Shown piece by piece: positions 26,218 to 38,230 of a stretch of DNA of 64,000 nucleotides. Position 1 is the first letter of the stretch. The number at the start of each line of letters is the position of its first letter. A program made the position numbers and the translations under genes. The DNA is taken from NCBI GenBank assembly GCA_002189035.1, contig NEEC01000002.1, positions 2,666,001 through 2,730,000 on the forward strand, given 5' to 3'. This stretch comes from Utricularia gibba (lineage: Eukaryota; Plantae; Magnoliophyta). The notes under the pieces are model-generated. The model did no database searches. It saw only the letters and a program-made list of their open reading frames with translations, and was not told where the DNA came from.

Positions 26218-27560
26218 GTGCCATATTTTGAACTTGCATGCCTCTATAATGGAATGAGTTTTTTTTTCAAATTCAATGGCTTTTCAAACCTAGTTCTTCA
26301 TCCTCTATTTTTTATGGCTTCTAGATCCGTTACATATAAAATTTTCTGGGGAAATCAAATCTATACTTATGAAAATTATGTAAGCTACAGTGTGGTAGCA
26401 ATTCAATTTTTTCAATCGGATGCTAACATTTCATTAGAAGAATTAAAAGCAAAGTTATATGAGATTGTTGAACTTTCTCCTTCAATGTTTAATCTTCGGT
26501 TATCGGCCCAGATTTGAATTTCAAGACAAAGAGCTATGTATATTATCTTCACGAACCTTATTATAATATTGGTCATGTCGATTTACTTCTGAAATACGAT
26601 ACATTTTCTTAAAAAAACCTCACATACAAATTGGATACAATGGGCATTACTCTTTTTTAAAAAAAATTTTTAAATGGTATAATTTTTTAAATTTTATGTT
26701 ATTCTATTTTTATATGAATGAATATGTAGATTATGATTTTGACTCATTCCAAAATATTGATGAAGATTCTTTTTTACAATTCAATAATGAAAACAAGGTT
26801 TCAATATTAACCATACTCCTCAAAATTCAGAGAATGTGCTTGAAAAAAATGCAAGTTGTGATTTGGAATGATTTTCTCACATAAGTTTATACGATATACA
26901 AAAAGAATCAAGTAATCGTAAAGTATATACACATTAACATGAAAAATATTTTAAAAAAAATGATTTGTTTGAAGATAAATAAAATTTTCTAAGATAATTT
27001 AGAAAATTTTCAATTGAAATTGAAAAAGAATTCATTATTGATGACACTTAGTTTAGAGTTTTTGTGATATATTGAAAATAATGTAAAATTTAAAATTATC
27101 ACTAGAGGATTCGTACAGCACATTATAAATGATTGGGAAAATAAAAGATTTCAAAGGTCATTGAGCTTCACACATGCAAGTGTTTGGCAATATAATTCTT
27201 TTATTATAGAAATATAAATCACTATTATATTTATGAGAATGCTAAGTCATTTGTTGAAGTAGACATTGGGATCCAAAGTGTCAACAATTATTGCAACTGT
27301 ATTGATTAGGACTAATTACAAAATATCGTATAAACGTACATGGTATGAAATGAGAAATGACCTTTTCGAATTCCTTTCTTATTGCATATGATGCAACACA
27401 TTCGCATGCCATGTACATACACAAAATGTTCATTGTAGTGACTGTATTTCAATTTGAAAAACTTTTACCACTTACTTTTGTTGTAATAGATAAAGAAAAT
27501 AATGATTTTTTGGTATGATTTCTAAAGCTAATGTAAACTTACATTGCTTTAGTAAAATCC
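26218..27560 (+). mobile_element. Highly degenerate Mutator-like (MULE) transposase remnant
   Basis: Fragments ISYKRTW (27323, cf. MuDR ISYxKAW), a DATH-like segment and LLPLTFVVIDKENNDF (27462, cf. LPLAFAVVExE), broken by stops and frameshifts. Confidence 0.6.
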
Positions 27561-30500
27561 ACATGGTTGAATTTTGATAAACGTGACTATATTCGAAAAA
27601 CGATAACAAGAGTTACAACACTCTATGAAAAATTTGGATGATATCATCGCTATTGTCTTCACTTTTTTTGAGCAAATTTTTTCGATAGATTTAAATTTGA
27701 GTCGATTCAAACACTATTCCTTAAGGTATCATACATTGGATATGTGAAAAAATTCTATGATTATATAAAAGAGTTCAAAATGATAAATATCACAGCTTGG
27801 AACAACATAATGATTGTGTCTCTCGAAGGTTAGACAATATCTCACGATGGTGGCGGAAGATATGGAACAAAAACTATTAATCTTGTACATTGTAATTTCT
27901 ATTGTAATGATGAATTTCAACATAAATTAATATATACGAAATTTGTTTTTATTAATCGAAATATAATTATAATATATATTAAAACATGATTTCGATTATT
28001 ATATTTTCAAAAAAATATCAATATATTTAATATATAGATATATATATTATATAATGATATATATATATATATATAATATACATATAATAGATATATATGT
28101 ATTATATTTATATTTTCAAAAAAAATACAAATATTTTTGGAATATTATAAATTCAAATATATGTAATTTTTTATTTTAAAATTATATAATTATAATTTTG
28201 AATAAATTTTTAAAATATTTTATTAATTATTTAATTTTCGTGATATAAATATTTTTTAAAAAATTTTTTTTTGAAGTGTTTATAACAATAATTATATTAT
28301 TTAAATATTATATATATTATATTTAAATATGTACGATATTTGAAAATAAAATAATTTAAAAAAGAAAATAAAAAAAATTATAGTAAGTGTTTTTCTACAC
28401 AAATTACTCATTGATTGGTTTTAGAGTTGTATTTTGTTTGAAGTATTTGATTTTGAAAATGACACCCGACACAAGTGACAGGGATGGCACGTGGGTGGTG
28501 ATGGGTCGCGTCCAATCAGCTTGACCGTAGATTGCGGGATTCTCGTACGGACATCCCCGATTTCGTTTCCGACAAAAAAACACACACACCTAAATATCCA
28601 ACTAAATAAATACTTCGAAATCCGAATCAAAAGTGGAAAATAAAAATAAAATATTAGGATAAAATAAAATAATAAATTTATTTTTTAAACAAATTATTAT
28701 TAGGAGTTTCAGCAAACTTTGTGTTTAGAAAAAATTTCAACCCATGTTTTATTTTTGAAAAAATAAAAATAATTTATTAGCAAGACATAGCTTATTTTCA
28801 TTGTTAAATTTACGTTACTTTAACTTTTATAAAAGATTTTTGCTTTAAAAAATATTTTTTTTTTCAAAACAGTGTAATGAGTGATGTCATCTAGAGAGTG
28901 GGGAACAACACTGTTGTCCCATCACTGCAGAAAAGAGCAACTTTTGGCTGGGTGGAGTTGTTGTATCCATTGATTTCTTTCTGCTCATCCGTCATTTCGC
29001 TTGGACCTTTGACCGCAGCAGCACCGCCACCGCCACCGGCATTCTACAGTGGGATGGGCTGTGTGCCCACCTCCATTGCCGGACGGCTGCCGGGGCCGCC
29101 GACCGGCTCTATCTCCGCCGACGAAAAGATTTGAGGGGTCATCCCCCCCCCCCCCCATCCTCTTTTTACCCCTGAATCTGAACACTTTATTCTGAATCTG
29201 ATTCTGCAGTCTTCCTTCACAAACGTAACACACAGAATGAGAATCAAATCTTTACCCACATGCCAAGTAAGCTCCACATTGGGTGGGTTTATCATAGGAT
29301 TAGGAATCAAATCCAATTACAAGTTGATCCATTTAATTTAACTCTAGGGTTTAAAATTGTGTTGACGAAATAAAAAAATATCCAGTTTGTGCTGACGGAT
29401 TCCAAGACATTCTCCGACGAAATCAGAATCATTATTTCCATATAATGTGTATTTTGTGTATTATAAGAAAAACAAGGATGGTGATATAATGTGTATTCTT
29501 TTTGGCAGTAATCTTTTTTAAAATAAAAATATTAGTTAGATACATCTAATTATATTTATAACATTATAAAAACTTATTTATTTTCAATTTTTAAAACATG
29601 AAATAAATTAAGTGTTAATTCATATTAACTTAGTCTTTCAAAAACATTAATTTATTACACTCGTATTCATTAGTACCTTATAAATTGTACTCTTTTGAAT
29701 AGTTTATTTTTGAAGAAAATAAAAAAAAGTATTTTATCAAATATTTTTCATTATGTCGATTCCCAATAGTCCAAATGTGACATACGATATAATTATTTTC
29801 GTTGATATAATGTGTATTAGTTTAACTATTTCATCTTGATAAAATATTTCTACCTATTTGCTATAGTTTTCATCATAATTATCTTATTATTGTCCTATTA
29901 TATCGGTGTGATTATTTATATTCATTAATTTAATTATATTATATCTTTTGACTGATACAACGATATTTTTCACATAAATAATACATGTGTCCTTTAATTC
30001 TTGATCACAGTCACCTACGACATAATAGGTAATCGTCCAATACCATTGAATTATTGCCAACATCCACAAATACAATAACAAAGTCACTATCCAATCTCAA
30101 AAAAAAAAAAAATTCCCGTATTTTAGAGACTATTTTCGTGAGATAACCAGTTTTCCGTACACTGGGGATGCATGTATGTAATGAATCAATGTTCAAGGGA
30201 GGTGATTGGAGTGGGTACTGTCGGAAGGGCTGGGAATAGTCGCTCTACGTGACTAGGGTTTGTCCTTTAGGATTATTTTACGGGTTAGTTATTTATGGCA
30301 CACTTCATCACGTGCCACACATTATACTAATGTGGCCACGTATAATAACATATGCTAAAGAAGTAATTTCAATTTGTCCCTTGATTGCCACCCACAGTGC
30401 ATTTGGATTAGGATTAGGGCTAGGATTAGGGTTTTGTTGCAAACAATTAATGTTTTCATAGGGCTGCAACTAATCTAAAGCAACAATGCTCATCATCTAA

Positions 30501-31627
30501 TCCCAACCATTAATTTGAGTGCATATCTTGTAGTGTATCTAAGACGAAGTGTACATCAGTTATAAAGAAAGTAGAAAAATAGCTTATATAAAGAAATATT
30601 TTTTTAATCTTGTATGAACTTTTTCTTCAAAACGATAAAGTATAAAATCATGAAGATTGAGTGTTCAAAATGAACAATATTATACAAACAAGAGTAAGTC
30701 ATTACATATCTGATCTCATCTCCAAGAATTCACCACATTTTGGATACATTATTTGGTATAATTGGTCATTAGCAAAGCAATAATTATTTCAATCAGTAGA
30801 CACATGAATCCCATGAGACTTCTTTAGACAAGGGATATGAAAGAGATGGCATAAAAAAATACAATTTCAATTGAAATTTGATGTACTAGATCAAAATTTA
30901 TTAATATCATAAACTTTTGAATGGAATATATTATTTTTTACATTTTTTTTAAACATGTTCAAAGTTTTAACTTTTGTACCCACTACCCATTACCAAATAC
31001 GAAATTTTCTCGAATTTCAAACATTGATTTCAAAGTTTTTTTTTTTTTTTTTTTTACATTTAGTGATCGATCGATCTTACAGAGGTCCAGTTTACAATTT
31101 GGTGTTCAAATTTGAAATTTCATGTTAGAATGTCGATTCCAGCATCACTATCTGCATTGCAAAAGCATGCTAACCTCAGAAAATTAAGTTTCAGAGGGTA
31201 GTCATGGAGAACAGCTCAGTTTTAGTCCATTGAAGGTAGCAATTATTGGAAGAAGATCCATCCATCTCCGCCGTTGAATTTTTTAACATGAAAAATCGAG
31301 ATGGGGTGTAGAACACAGTATGGTGACGCTGCTCCAGGGCGCTCAGAACGCTTGGCAATTCGAGGAATGAACTGCTTACGCCATGTCGAGGGCCTTCGTG
31401 TTCTCCAACAATGGCTAATCGGGATGATGCATTAATTAAGAGTTAATCTCCTGAAAAGCAGGGTTAGTGGAAGAAGAAAGCAGGGAAGGATTTGGCATAT
31501 AGCTTTTTTGTGTCCAGCCGTTGAAAAAAAAGTAGACAAAGCACTTTCACAGTCACTGCTGCTGAGGAGTTTGATCCGGGTATGATAAGCAAGATCCTGT
31601 AAATGGCGAATCATGGCTCAATTCGAG

Positions 31628-32331
31628 TCATGGGCCGGGAAAAGGATCTGGGTTCGTATTATTGAGACCTGAAAGAAAGAAGAGGTGGGGAGGAAGAACT
31701 CAGGGCTTCAATCTTCAACGGAAAAATTAAAGGACTTGCATGGTTTTCTTTTTTCTTTTTCAGTTTCACCTGGCGGCGGCGGATGGGGATGCGCAGCGGT
31801 TTCGGGTCGTTTTCTTTTCTTCTTTTTCTCATAACTGATCCCTCGGGCCTTGGACTGCAAATCCCTCACCTCGCGGAGATACAGCCGTATGGCGCGAGCT
31901 GCAAAGGGGTTATCCTCCGGCTTGCCGCCGTTCTCCTCGTAGGCGGCGCGTAGGCGTCCGATAAGCGCGTCGAGGCTACCCCAGGCTTGTTGGAGAGGAC
32001 ACGGACACGGGCCAGGCGGTGTGGGGAGGCCGTAGAAAGGGCAGATCGGATTGTGGACTTTCGTCTTGCCGAACTGATCGAGGTGCCGAAGAAACTCCAG
32101 CACGTGGGCGCCGCTGCAGCGGCTGAGGGTCAAAGGGGGCCGGTGGTTGTTGAGGTACTGCCCGAAGCTGATCCAGTCGCGGCGTTTCTGGTTCTCGTAG
32201 CGGCTGAGAGATGCCGCGCCACCGTCGCCGCCACCCTCACAAGAGATGGCGTTGATCGGGGGCGCTGCGCTGGTTGCAGAGTTGGAGCTCTCTTCGGCAC
32301 CGGGGAATGAAGAAGAAGAAGAAGAATCCAT
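31628..32331 (-). CDS. ALOG/LSH (G1-like) transcription factor with a short second coding exon
   Basis: [71 protein letters not shown]. Predicted intron 31769-31669 gives the C-terminus [17 protein letters not shown]; the unspliced ORF would end at 31708. Confidence 0.92.
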
Positions 32332-33108
32332 ATGATTCCCGTGATGTACCCTACCCACTGGTAACCTTTTTTAGGGTTTTCTCAGATTTGGGGGAAATGA
32401 AGGAACCCTGCTACTGAAGGGATCTGGTTTCCTGTCATGTTGGGAGCATCAAACTCAAGAGCACAAATATGGAGTGAAAAGATAACCAGATTTCTCCCCA
32501 CTTTAGCTAGAGCCAAGTCCTGAGTCCTCACGGCTCAACTACCTGTCTTGTATCTGCTGCATTCAAGACCAAGTACACACAAATATGCAAGCACATTAAA
32601 ATTAACTTATCAAAAGCATATTATACACCACACCAGTAGATTAATTAGAAATCTAACCACGTATCAAATATTATGTGAGAAAAATAATCATAATGTAAAC
32701 TTTTTAACTTAATGCATGAGAGATTGTATACGTGATCATTTTTCTAAATCATACCTGCAATTATCGAACTCAATACTCATTCACATATTAGAGTGAACCG
32801 GAGATGGTAGATATGGAGCGCCCGCTTGGATTGATGTTAGAACATGTCCCACGTTGGAAAACGAGCATGAAATTTCTAGGCTGAGACTTGTGAAATTGTG
32901 TTGCTGCTGGTTGATGAATGTGGTGGGCGGAAATGGGTGTTGGCCGGTTTTGGGTGGCTGCTCAGGAGTAGTAAATGTGAAGCATTTCAAGCAAGGTTTG
33001 AGGAACTAGTACAAGATGAATTGAATGAAGTTCAGGCAAGGACTAGATGGGAAATGGCACTAAAGGAACGCAAGTTGGGCTGCTGTGTGCAGATTTACAT
33101 GCCCTGTG

Positions 33109-33141
33109 CAGACACAGACACAGACATAGACAGACACAGAC
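33109..33141. repeat. (CAGACA)n imperfect microsatellite upstream of the ALOG gene
   Basis: CAGACACAGACACAGACATAGACAGACACAGAC. Confidence 0.8.
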
Positions 33142-34851
33142 CCACGCATTGATACTATCCCCATTCTCTCCATCATTATCACACGCATTGATTCTCAAGT
33201 AGACGAAGGTGATGAGATTCATGGTGTGGGAAACATCATCTCAATCTCCCATCACAAAATGAAGTTCAAACTACTCAGTTTTTTTTTGTTTTCTCTTCTA
33301 TGGTCTGGTTTTCTCTGTTTCCAACAAGATTGCCCACCCATGAAGGATATTACCGACGCTACAAGGGCAGAAATCACCAAATATTTAACAATTTTTTAGA
33401 AGGTATTTTCTCTAGTTACTATTTTCAATATGGAGTCAATGTAATCTTTTTTCTCCTATTTTTACATTACTTCAATAAATCCCTGAACTTTAATAAATTG
33501 ACTTATCCCACTCTAACAAACACGACTTAGGAAATCGATGTTTGTTCTAGAATTCTTAATGATTGCCTAATGATATTTGAGGGCAGTTATAATTGACCTC
33601 AAATTGATGAACTCCAGTAAAAAAAATATCAAATGTTGAGCGGTCGGTCTCAATGCGTGCGACACTCATACCAAAGTCGACAACGAATGCTCAACTATGT
33701 TGCGGGAGCTGTCCATCACCTTTCCCAGTCTCTATCAGCACAATCACAAAAGAGACGAAAACCCTGAAACAGAACATAAATGATTTTAACAACATAAATA
33801 TGCCAAATTACACTTCTAACCTTTTATAAATGTGTCAAATTACACTTCCAACATTTTATTTAAAACGGCACTTAACATCGAAAGACATGTGAACCCACAT
33901 TCACTTAATAATGATTAAATTGATGCCATTTCAAAAACAAGAGACCAAATTGTATCTCTGAAGTAATCAAAACAGGTTTGGAATGCAAAAAGGCATTTGT
34001 AGTTTGAATGGAACCTTAGCCTGGGAACATTTGTTGGCTGAGTTGGTGATATACATCTTTTTGCATTTTTTGTTTGCAAAATACATCTTCTTGTATTAAG
34101 TTAGTAAAATACATAATTTTACTAAATCGACTGCGATTGCTGTTGACTCCGTCGCATTTGGAATGAAGTCCGCCAAGTTCATCGTCATTCACCCGCCGGT
34201 CCAGAAATCTGGCCCCACCATTGCCGCCTAGCACCACGCGGTGCTGAAGGTTATCATCTTCTTCTTCGGCCAGGCTTTATGTTTAAGCCAGACCTGCGAC
34301 GTCCGTCATACGAGATGATTCGTCGCTTCCTGGATCTGTTGCCCATGCCCTTTTATACTATGCGTCGTAGAATTTCACCGCTGTCAGTAGCCGTATGTCT
34401 GCTTCGGAAGTGAGGTACACCGCCGAAGTTCTCCGGCGACGCCCGCCGCCGTGCAATCTATTGGTTTTTGGGCTGACCCACGAAATGTTCCTCTGGAGTT
34501 CTCTCAACTTTGGGGGCCGTAGAGGCACCCGTCAGTCGAAGTCTACGGTGTGCATTACTTCACGAAAGTGAGCCAACTCCGAGATTTGATTCAGTATTAC
34601 AAGGCGGAGATCAGCGGCGAGTGTCGACCGGTGCAATTAATGTAAAATGATGTATTTTCCTAACTCAATACAAAAGGATACATAAAGATGTATTTCACTA
34701 ATTTATTCAACATTTGTTTGTGTTATTCAAAGTGGAATTGAACCACGCGGAAAGACTGGTAGAAAAATAGCTGCGGAAACAGCCATTGTTATTACGCATC
34801 TTTATTCAGAACTGCATAAGCTCGGGAAGGAGAAGCAACAAATCCAGGGAA

Positions 34852-36350
34852 CTAAGACATCTGGCCGCGCCCAGGGGCCAACAAGAAGCTCTGGCCGCCT
34901 CTGTTGTTCTTGAGATCCTGAGCTTCGCGTGGTGAAATTTGATACGATTTTGAGACAATTTGCAATGGCAGAGCTCGTATGACGGACGTGTATCCAGCCA
35001 GGGGGTTCCTTACCGGCGAACCCGTCGTCTTAAATGCCACCCACTCGAACCCATCGCCCCCTGCGCGCGCCATGGAAGTGTAGAACTGTGGAACTACGAA
35101 CATTCTTCCTGCTGTAACTCTCTCGTTCATCAGATTTTCCCCACTTGGGTCTGTGATCTGGATTTGGGCCTCTCCCCTTGTAACGTACACGATTGTGTGA
35201 CCGAACACAGCCCAATCGGGGCTCAGAAGGGCGTTCTGGAGAAGGCGGCCTCTCTCTGCGCTGAGATCCATGTACCTGAGAATTGGGAGCTTGTGTTGGT
35301 CGACGACGTTCAAGTTTCCTGCTTGTTTAGAGTAGACGTCGGCTTCTCTTCTGTGCTCGAGGCTTGTGAAGAATTTCATGGAGCAGAAGGTTTCTTCAAG
35401 CCCATTTGGTCTACTTTCGCTCTCGGACTCTCCCATGATGATTTCTCTGGTCTGATGAATCTCAGGCGCTCTTTGGCTTTGACGATTAATCCTCTCTTGT
35501 TCTCGCTTTGGATTCTTCTTATGAGCTCTTCTTCGACGTTGAAGGCCTCCGCTAGCAGACTGGAATCGAATCCTTGGAAAATGTTTTGAGAGCCCCACTT
35601 TTGGGATTCCTGGCCTCTGCCGCTTCGTTGTCCACCGGCCAAGTAGAAGGACTGAGGAAAGATGTTAGCTTTGAGATTTGGGGAAATGGAAATTGTTTGA
35701 TTTCTAGCCAACGTACTCGATGGTGTTCGTCGAGTTGATTGGAGATATGGTTGAGGTCGTTAATGGAGACGGCGACGAGATCCTCATTTCCGTCGTTGTA
35801 ACACCAGTGCACGGCGCCGGCAGGGAAGGCGATAATGTCTCCACGGCGGATCCGGTGAACTCTCTGGTGGATATCTCCTGCGGTTCCCTGTCTCTGAGAC
35901 TCCCTCCCCTGTCTGCTCTGCATCGTCTCCGATTCGTAGGTCTCGGCGCATCCCGGAAAGATGACGCTCACGTATCCCTCACCTGCAAATATAATCTCTG
36001 AGGGCGACTGCTGCGAGAGGACGACAAGATTGAATTTCCCATCGCATACCTCTTTCTATAAAGACTAGTCGTGGGCTGGGCTGATAGTTGGGAAGCGAGA
36101 GACCGTTGGGGCGGATCACGTTTCTGACGGCGGAGACTCCGGCGCACTGGAACTGTTCTTCGCGGTGGTCCCAACGCTCGGTGGTGCCGCCTTCAGATTG
36201 AACTGTATCCGACGGCTCCACTGGAGAGATTCTCCGCAAACGGCATTGTTGCTCGTCGCTGAGCTGAAATTGGCGCTTCTGCGCAGAGGCGGAGGATGCG
36301 AGCAAGAGGAGAAGAGGAACTAGAACCCGAAGAAACTTTGAGGAAGCCAT
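34852..36350 (-). CDS. 11S globulin (legumin-type) seed storage protein; apparent 1-nt frameshift in the acidic/basic linker
   Basis: Signal peptide MASSKFLRVLVPLLLLLASSASA; exons 36350-36050, 35982-35717, 35651-34852; QCRL, QFQCAGV, PNYQPSPRLVFIERG, IFPGCAETY, HWCYNDG, NQLD; cleavage site PN/GLEETFC and a complete basic chain, but in a different frame from the acidic chain. Confidence 0.92.
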
Positions 36351-36398
36351 GGCTGAGTGCACAGGAAGAGTGGTCGAGAGGGGATTATATTGATGCTT

Positions 36399-36440
36399 TG
36401 CATGGCGACGGTGGTGCAATGGAGGACACATTTCTGCATG
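36399..36440 (-). promoter_or_regulatory. Two RY motifs (CATGCA) in the 11S globulin proximal promoter
   Basis: CATGCA on the minus strand at 36435-36440 and 36399-36404, with a TATA-like TATAAT at 36384-36389. RY/legumin boxes are B3 (ABI3/FUS3/LEC2) sites in seed storage genes. Confidence 0.55.
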
Positions 36441-36634
36441 AAGAAGAACACCTGTCTGTGATCGTCTGCAGTACATCACCGTTGGGTTCAGAACGACAAC
36501 TTCAACAAATGGCGTTTGATTGAACTCGATTAACAACAGTTTAAATAGAGTAATCAGAAAACAATAAGCTATACTAGAGGACAAGAGTTGTGTTTTTGGT
36601 TTTCGAAAGAGCTGTCCAGAAGTACTACTTCTTG

Positions 36635-38230
36635 TCACGCCATGGAATCACCGTGGCCGTCGTCTGATGCCTCATTCTCGCCGGAGATTTCCTCCAGGGA
36701 TCTCCCCTTGGACTCCGGTACCAACCAAGTGAACGCCAATCCAAAAAGGTTGATCACACCTAGCACCTTAAGTGCATTGTCGATTCCGATCCCCGGAGGG
36801 TACCCAGCATCCGTTTTCTTCGGGTCGGTACTCTGCGCCAAGTAAAGGAAGCCAAAAGCTCCGATGATGGCTCCCAGTTTCCCGGCAGCCGCAGAGATCC
36901 CGTGGCACGTCGACCGGAGCCGCGCCGGGAAAATCTCAGCTGGAACAACGAAGGTCGTGGCGTTGGGGCCGAAGTTACAGAAGAAGAATGTGAGGGAGTA
37001 CATCACGATGAAACCGATCTGGTTTCCGGGGAGCCTCCAGTGGTGGTACGGGATAGCCAGAGCAAAAATGAACACCGTCATGAAGAAGAATCCGATCACC
37101 TGAATCTTGAATCTGCCCAATTTGTCGATGAGGAAAACGGTGAACCAGTAACCGGGGACTGTACTGCAGAGGGCGATTAGTGTCTGCGCTTTTGATATCA
37201 TGTAGACTTCTTGAATGGCAGACATGGTTTTCGCGGCCGGAAGCCAGCCCACGGCGGTGAAGATGTCTTTTTGAAATAGATTTTGGCTGTAAAAAGCAAT
37301 GTCCAGTAATAACCAGGTGGTGGTTGTGCCGAGGAGGTGAAGGCCATGTCTCCGGAAAAATTCGCGAGAGAACAGTCCGTACGTCCCCTGTTTTTCAACC
37401 ATGATTTCGAGCTTCTGTTGATCTGATTCAATGTCGACGTTCAGGATTTTCGACATATCCTCAGCCGCCTGCTTTGCGTTCTTCGCCACCAGCGCCGTGT
37501 ACCGAGCCGTTTCAGGCATTTTCAGCCGCCAGTAGAAGGTGAGAATCGCAGGAAAAGCGCCTACCATAAGAATGATTCTCCACACATAATCGGCTGCCGG
37601 TGGAGTCGAGGCCACAGGATCAGATTGATATGCCGGTGCCTTATAAATGGCCTTGAACGCTGCCGAAACCATCATCGAAAACCCGCCGGCGGCGAGTATC
37701 CCAAACCCCTGCATCGCGAAAACCGCCGCGATAAATCCACCCCGCGTCTTCTTATTCGCGTACTCCGACATAATTGCAGCGCTCAGAGGGTAATCGCCGC
37801 CGATTCCAAACCCAAGCCAAAATCTAAAGAAACAGAGGGTTGCCATAACCCCCGTCGGAGAATTCCCAAACGAGAGCCCGGAACAAATAGAGGACACAAA
37901 CATAATCAACAGAGTGGCACCGTAAACCTTCTTCCTCCCCAGCTTATCCCCAAGCCAACCAAAGAAAAGCTGACCCACAAAAGTTCCGCAGAGGGCGACG
38001 CCATTGACGGCGGCAGAAACCGACGGGGGGAGAGTCCCGGGCTTGCTGCTCCCCTCGACGTGATAGTAAATACGGCCAAGCATTTTGGTGACAAGGGAGA
38101 TGCAGAAAAGGTCGTAGGCGTCAGTGAAGAAACCCATTCCGGTGACGACGATCCCCGTGAAGTGATACCATTGCGTTTTGGCGGCGTCGAGTGCGCTCAG
38201 AACTTTCAGATTGCCGTCGTCCGCCGCCAT
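36635..38230 (-). CDS. PHT1: PHT1-family H+/phosphate symporter (MFS), intronless, 531 aa
   Basis: From ATG 38230: [118 protein letters not shown]. Confidence 0.97.
   Translation of the reverse strand: MAADDGNLKVLSALDAAKTQWYHFTGIVVTGMGFFTDAYDLFCISLVTKMLGRIYYHVEGSSKPGTLPPSVSAAVNGVALCGTFVGQLFFGWLGDKLGRKKVYGATLLIMFVSSICSGLSFGNSPTGVMATLCFFRFWLGFGIGGDYPLSAAIMSEYANKKTRGGFIAAVFAMQGFGILAAGGFSMMVSAAFKAIYKAPAYQSDPVASTPPAADYVWRIILMVGAFPAILTFYWRLKMPETARYTALVAKNAKQAAEDMSKILNVDIESDQQKLEIMVEKQGTYGLFSREFFRRHGLHLLGTTTTWLLLDIAFYSQNLFQKDIFTAVGWLPAAKTMSAIQEVYMISKAQTLIALCSTVPGYWFTVFLIDKLGRFKIQVIGFFFMTVFIFALAIPYHHWRLPGNQIGFIVMYSLTFFFCNFGPNATTFVVPAEIFPARLRSTCHGISAAAGKLGAIIGAFGFLYLAQSTDPKKTDAGYPPGIGIDNALKVLGVINLFGLAFTWLVPESKGRSLEEISGENEASDDGHGDSMA

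Noticed and set aside
28900-29316. A second, decayed ALOG gene (MDLIPNP start, CSDGTTVLF resembling CSGAHVLEF)
   Set aside because: Similarity is too short and patchy to support by eye.
30405-30435. Interstitial telomere repeat
   Set aside because: Only a few degenerate GGATTA/TAGGG hexamers, not a TTTAGGG array.
34960-35589. 209-aa plus-strand ORF
   Set aside because: Antisense shadow of the globulin basic chain.
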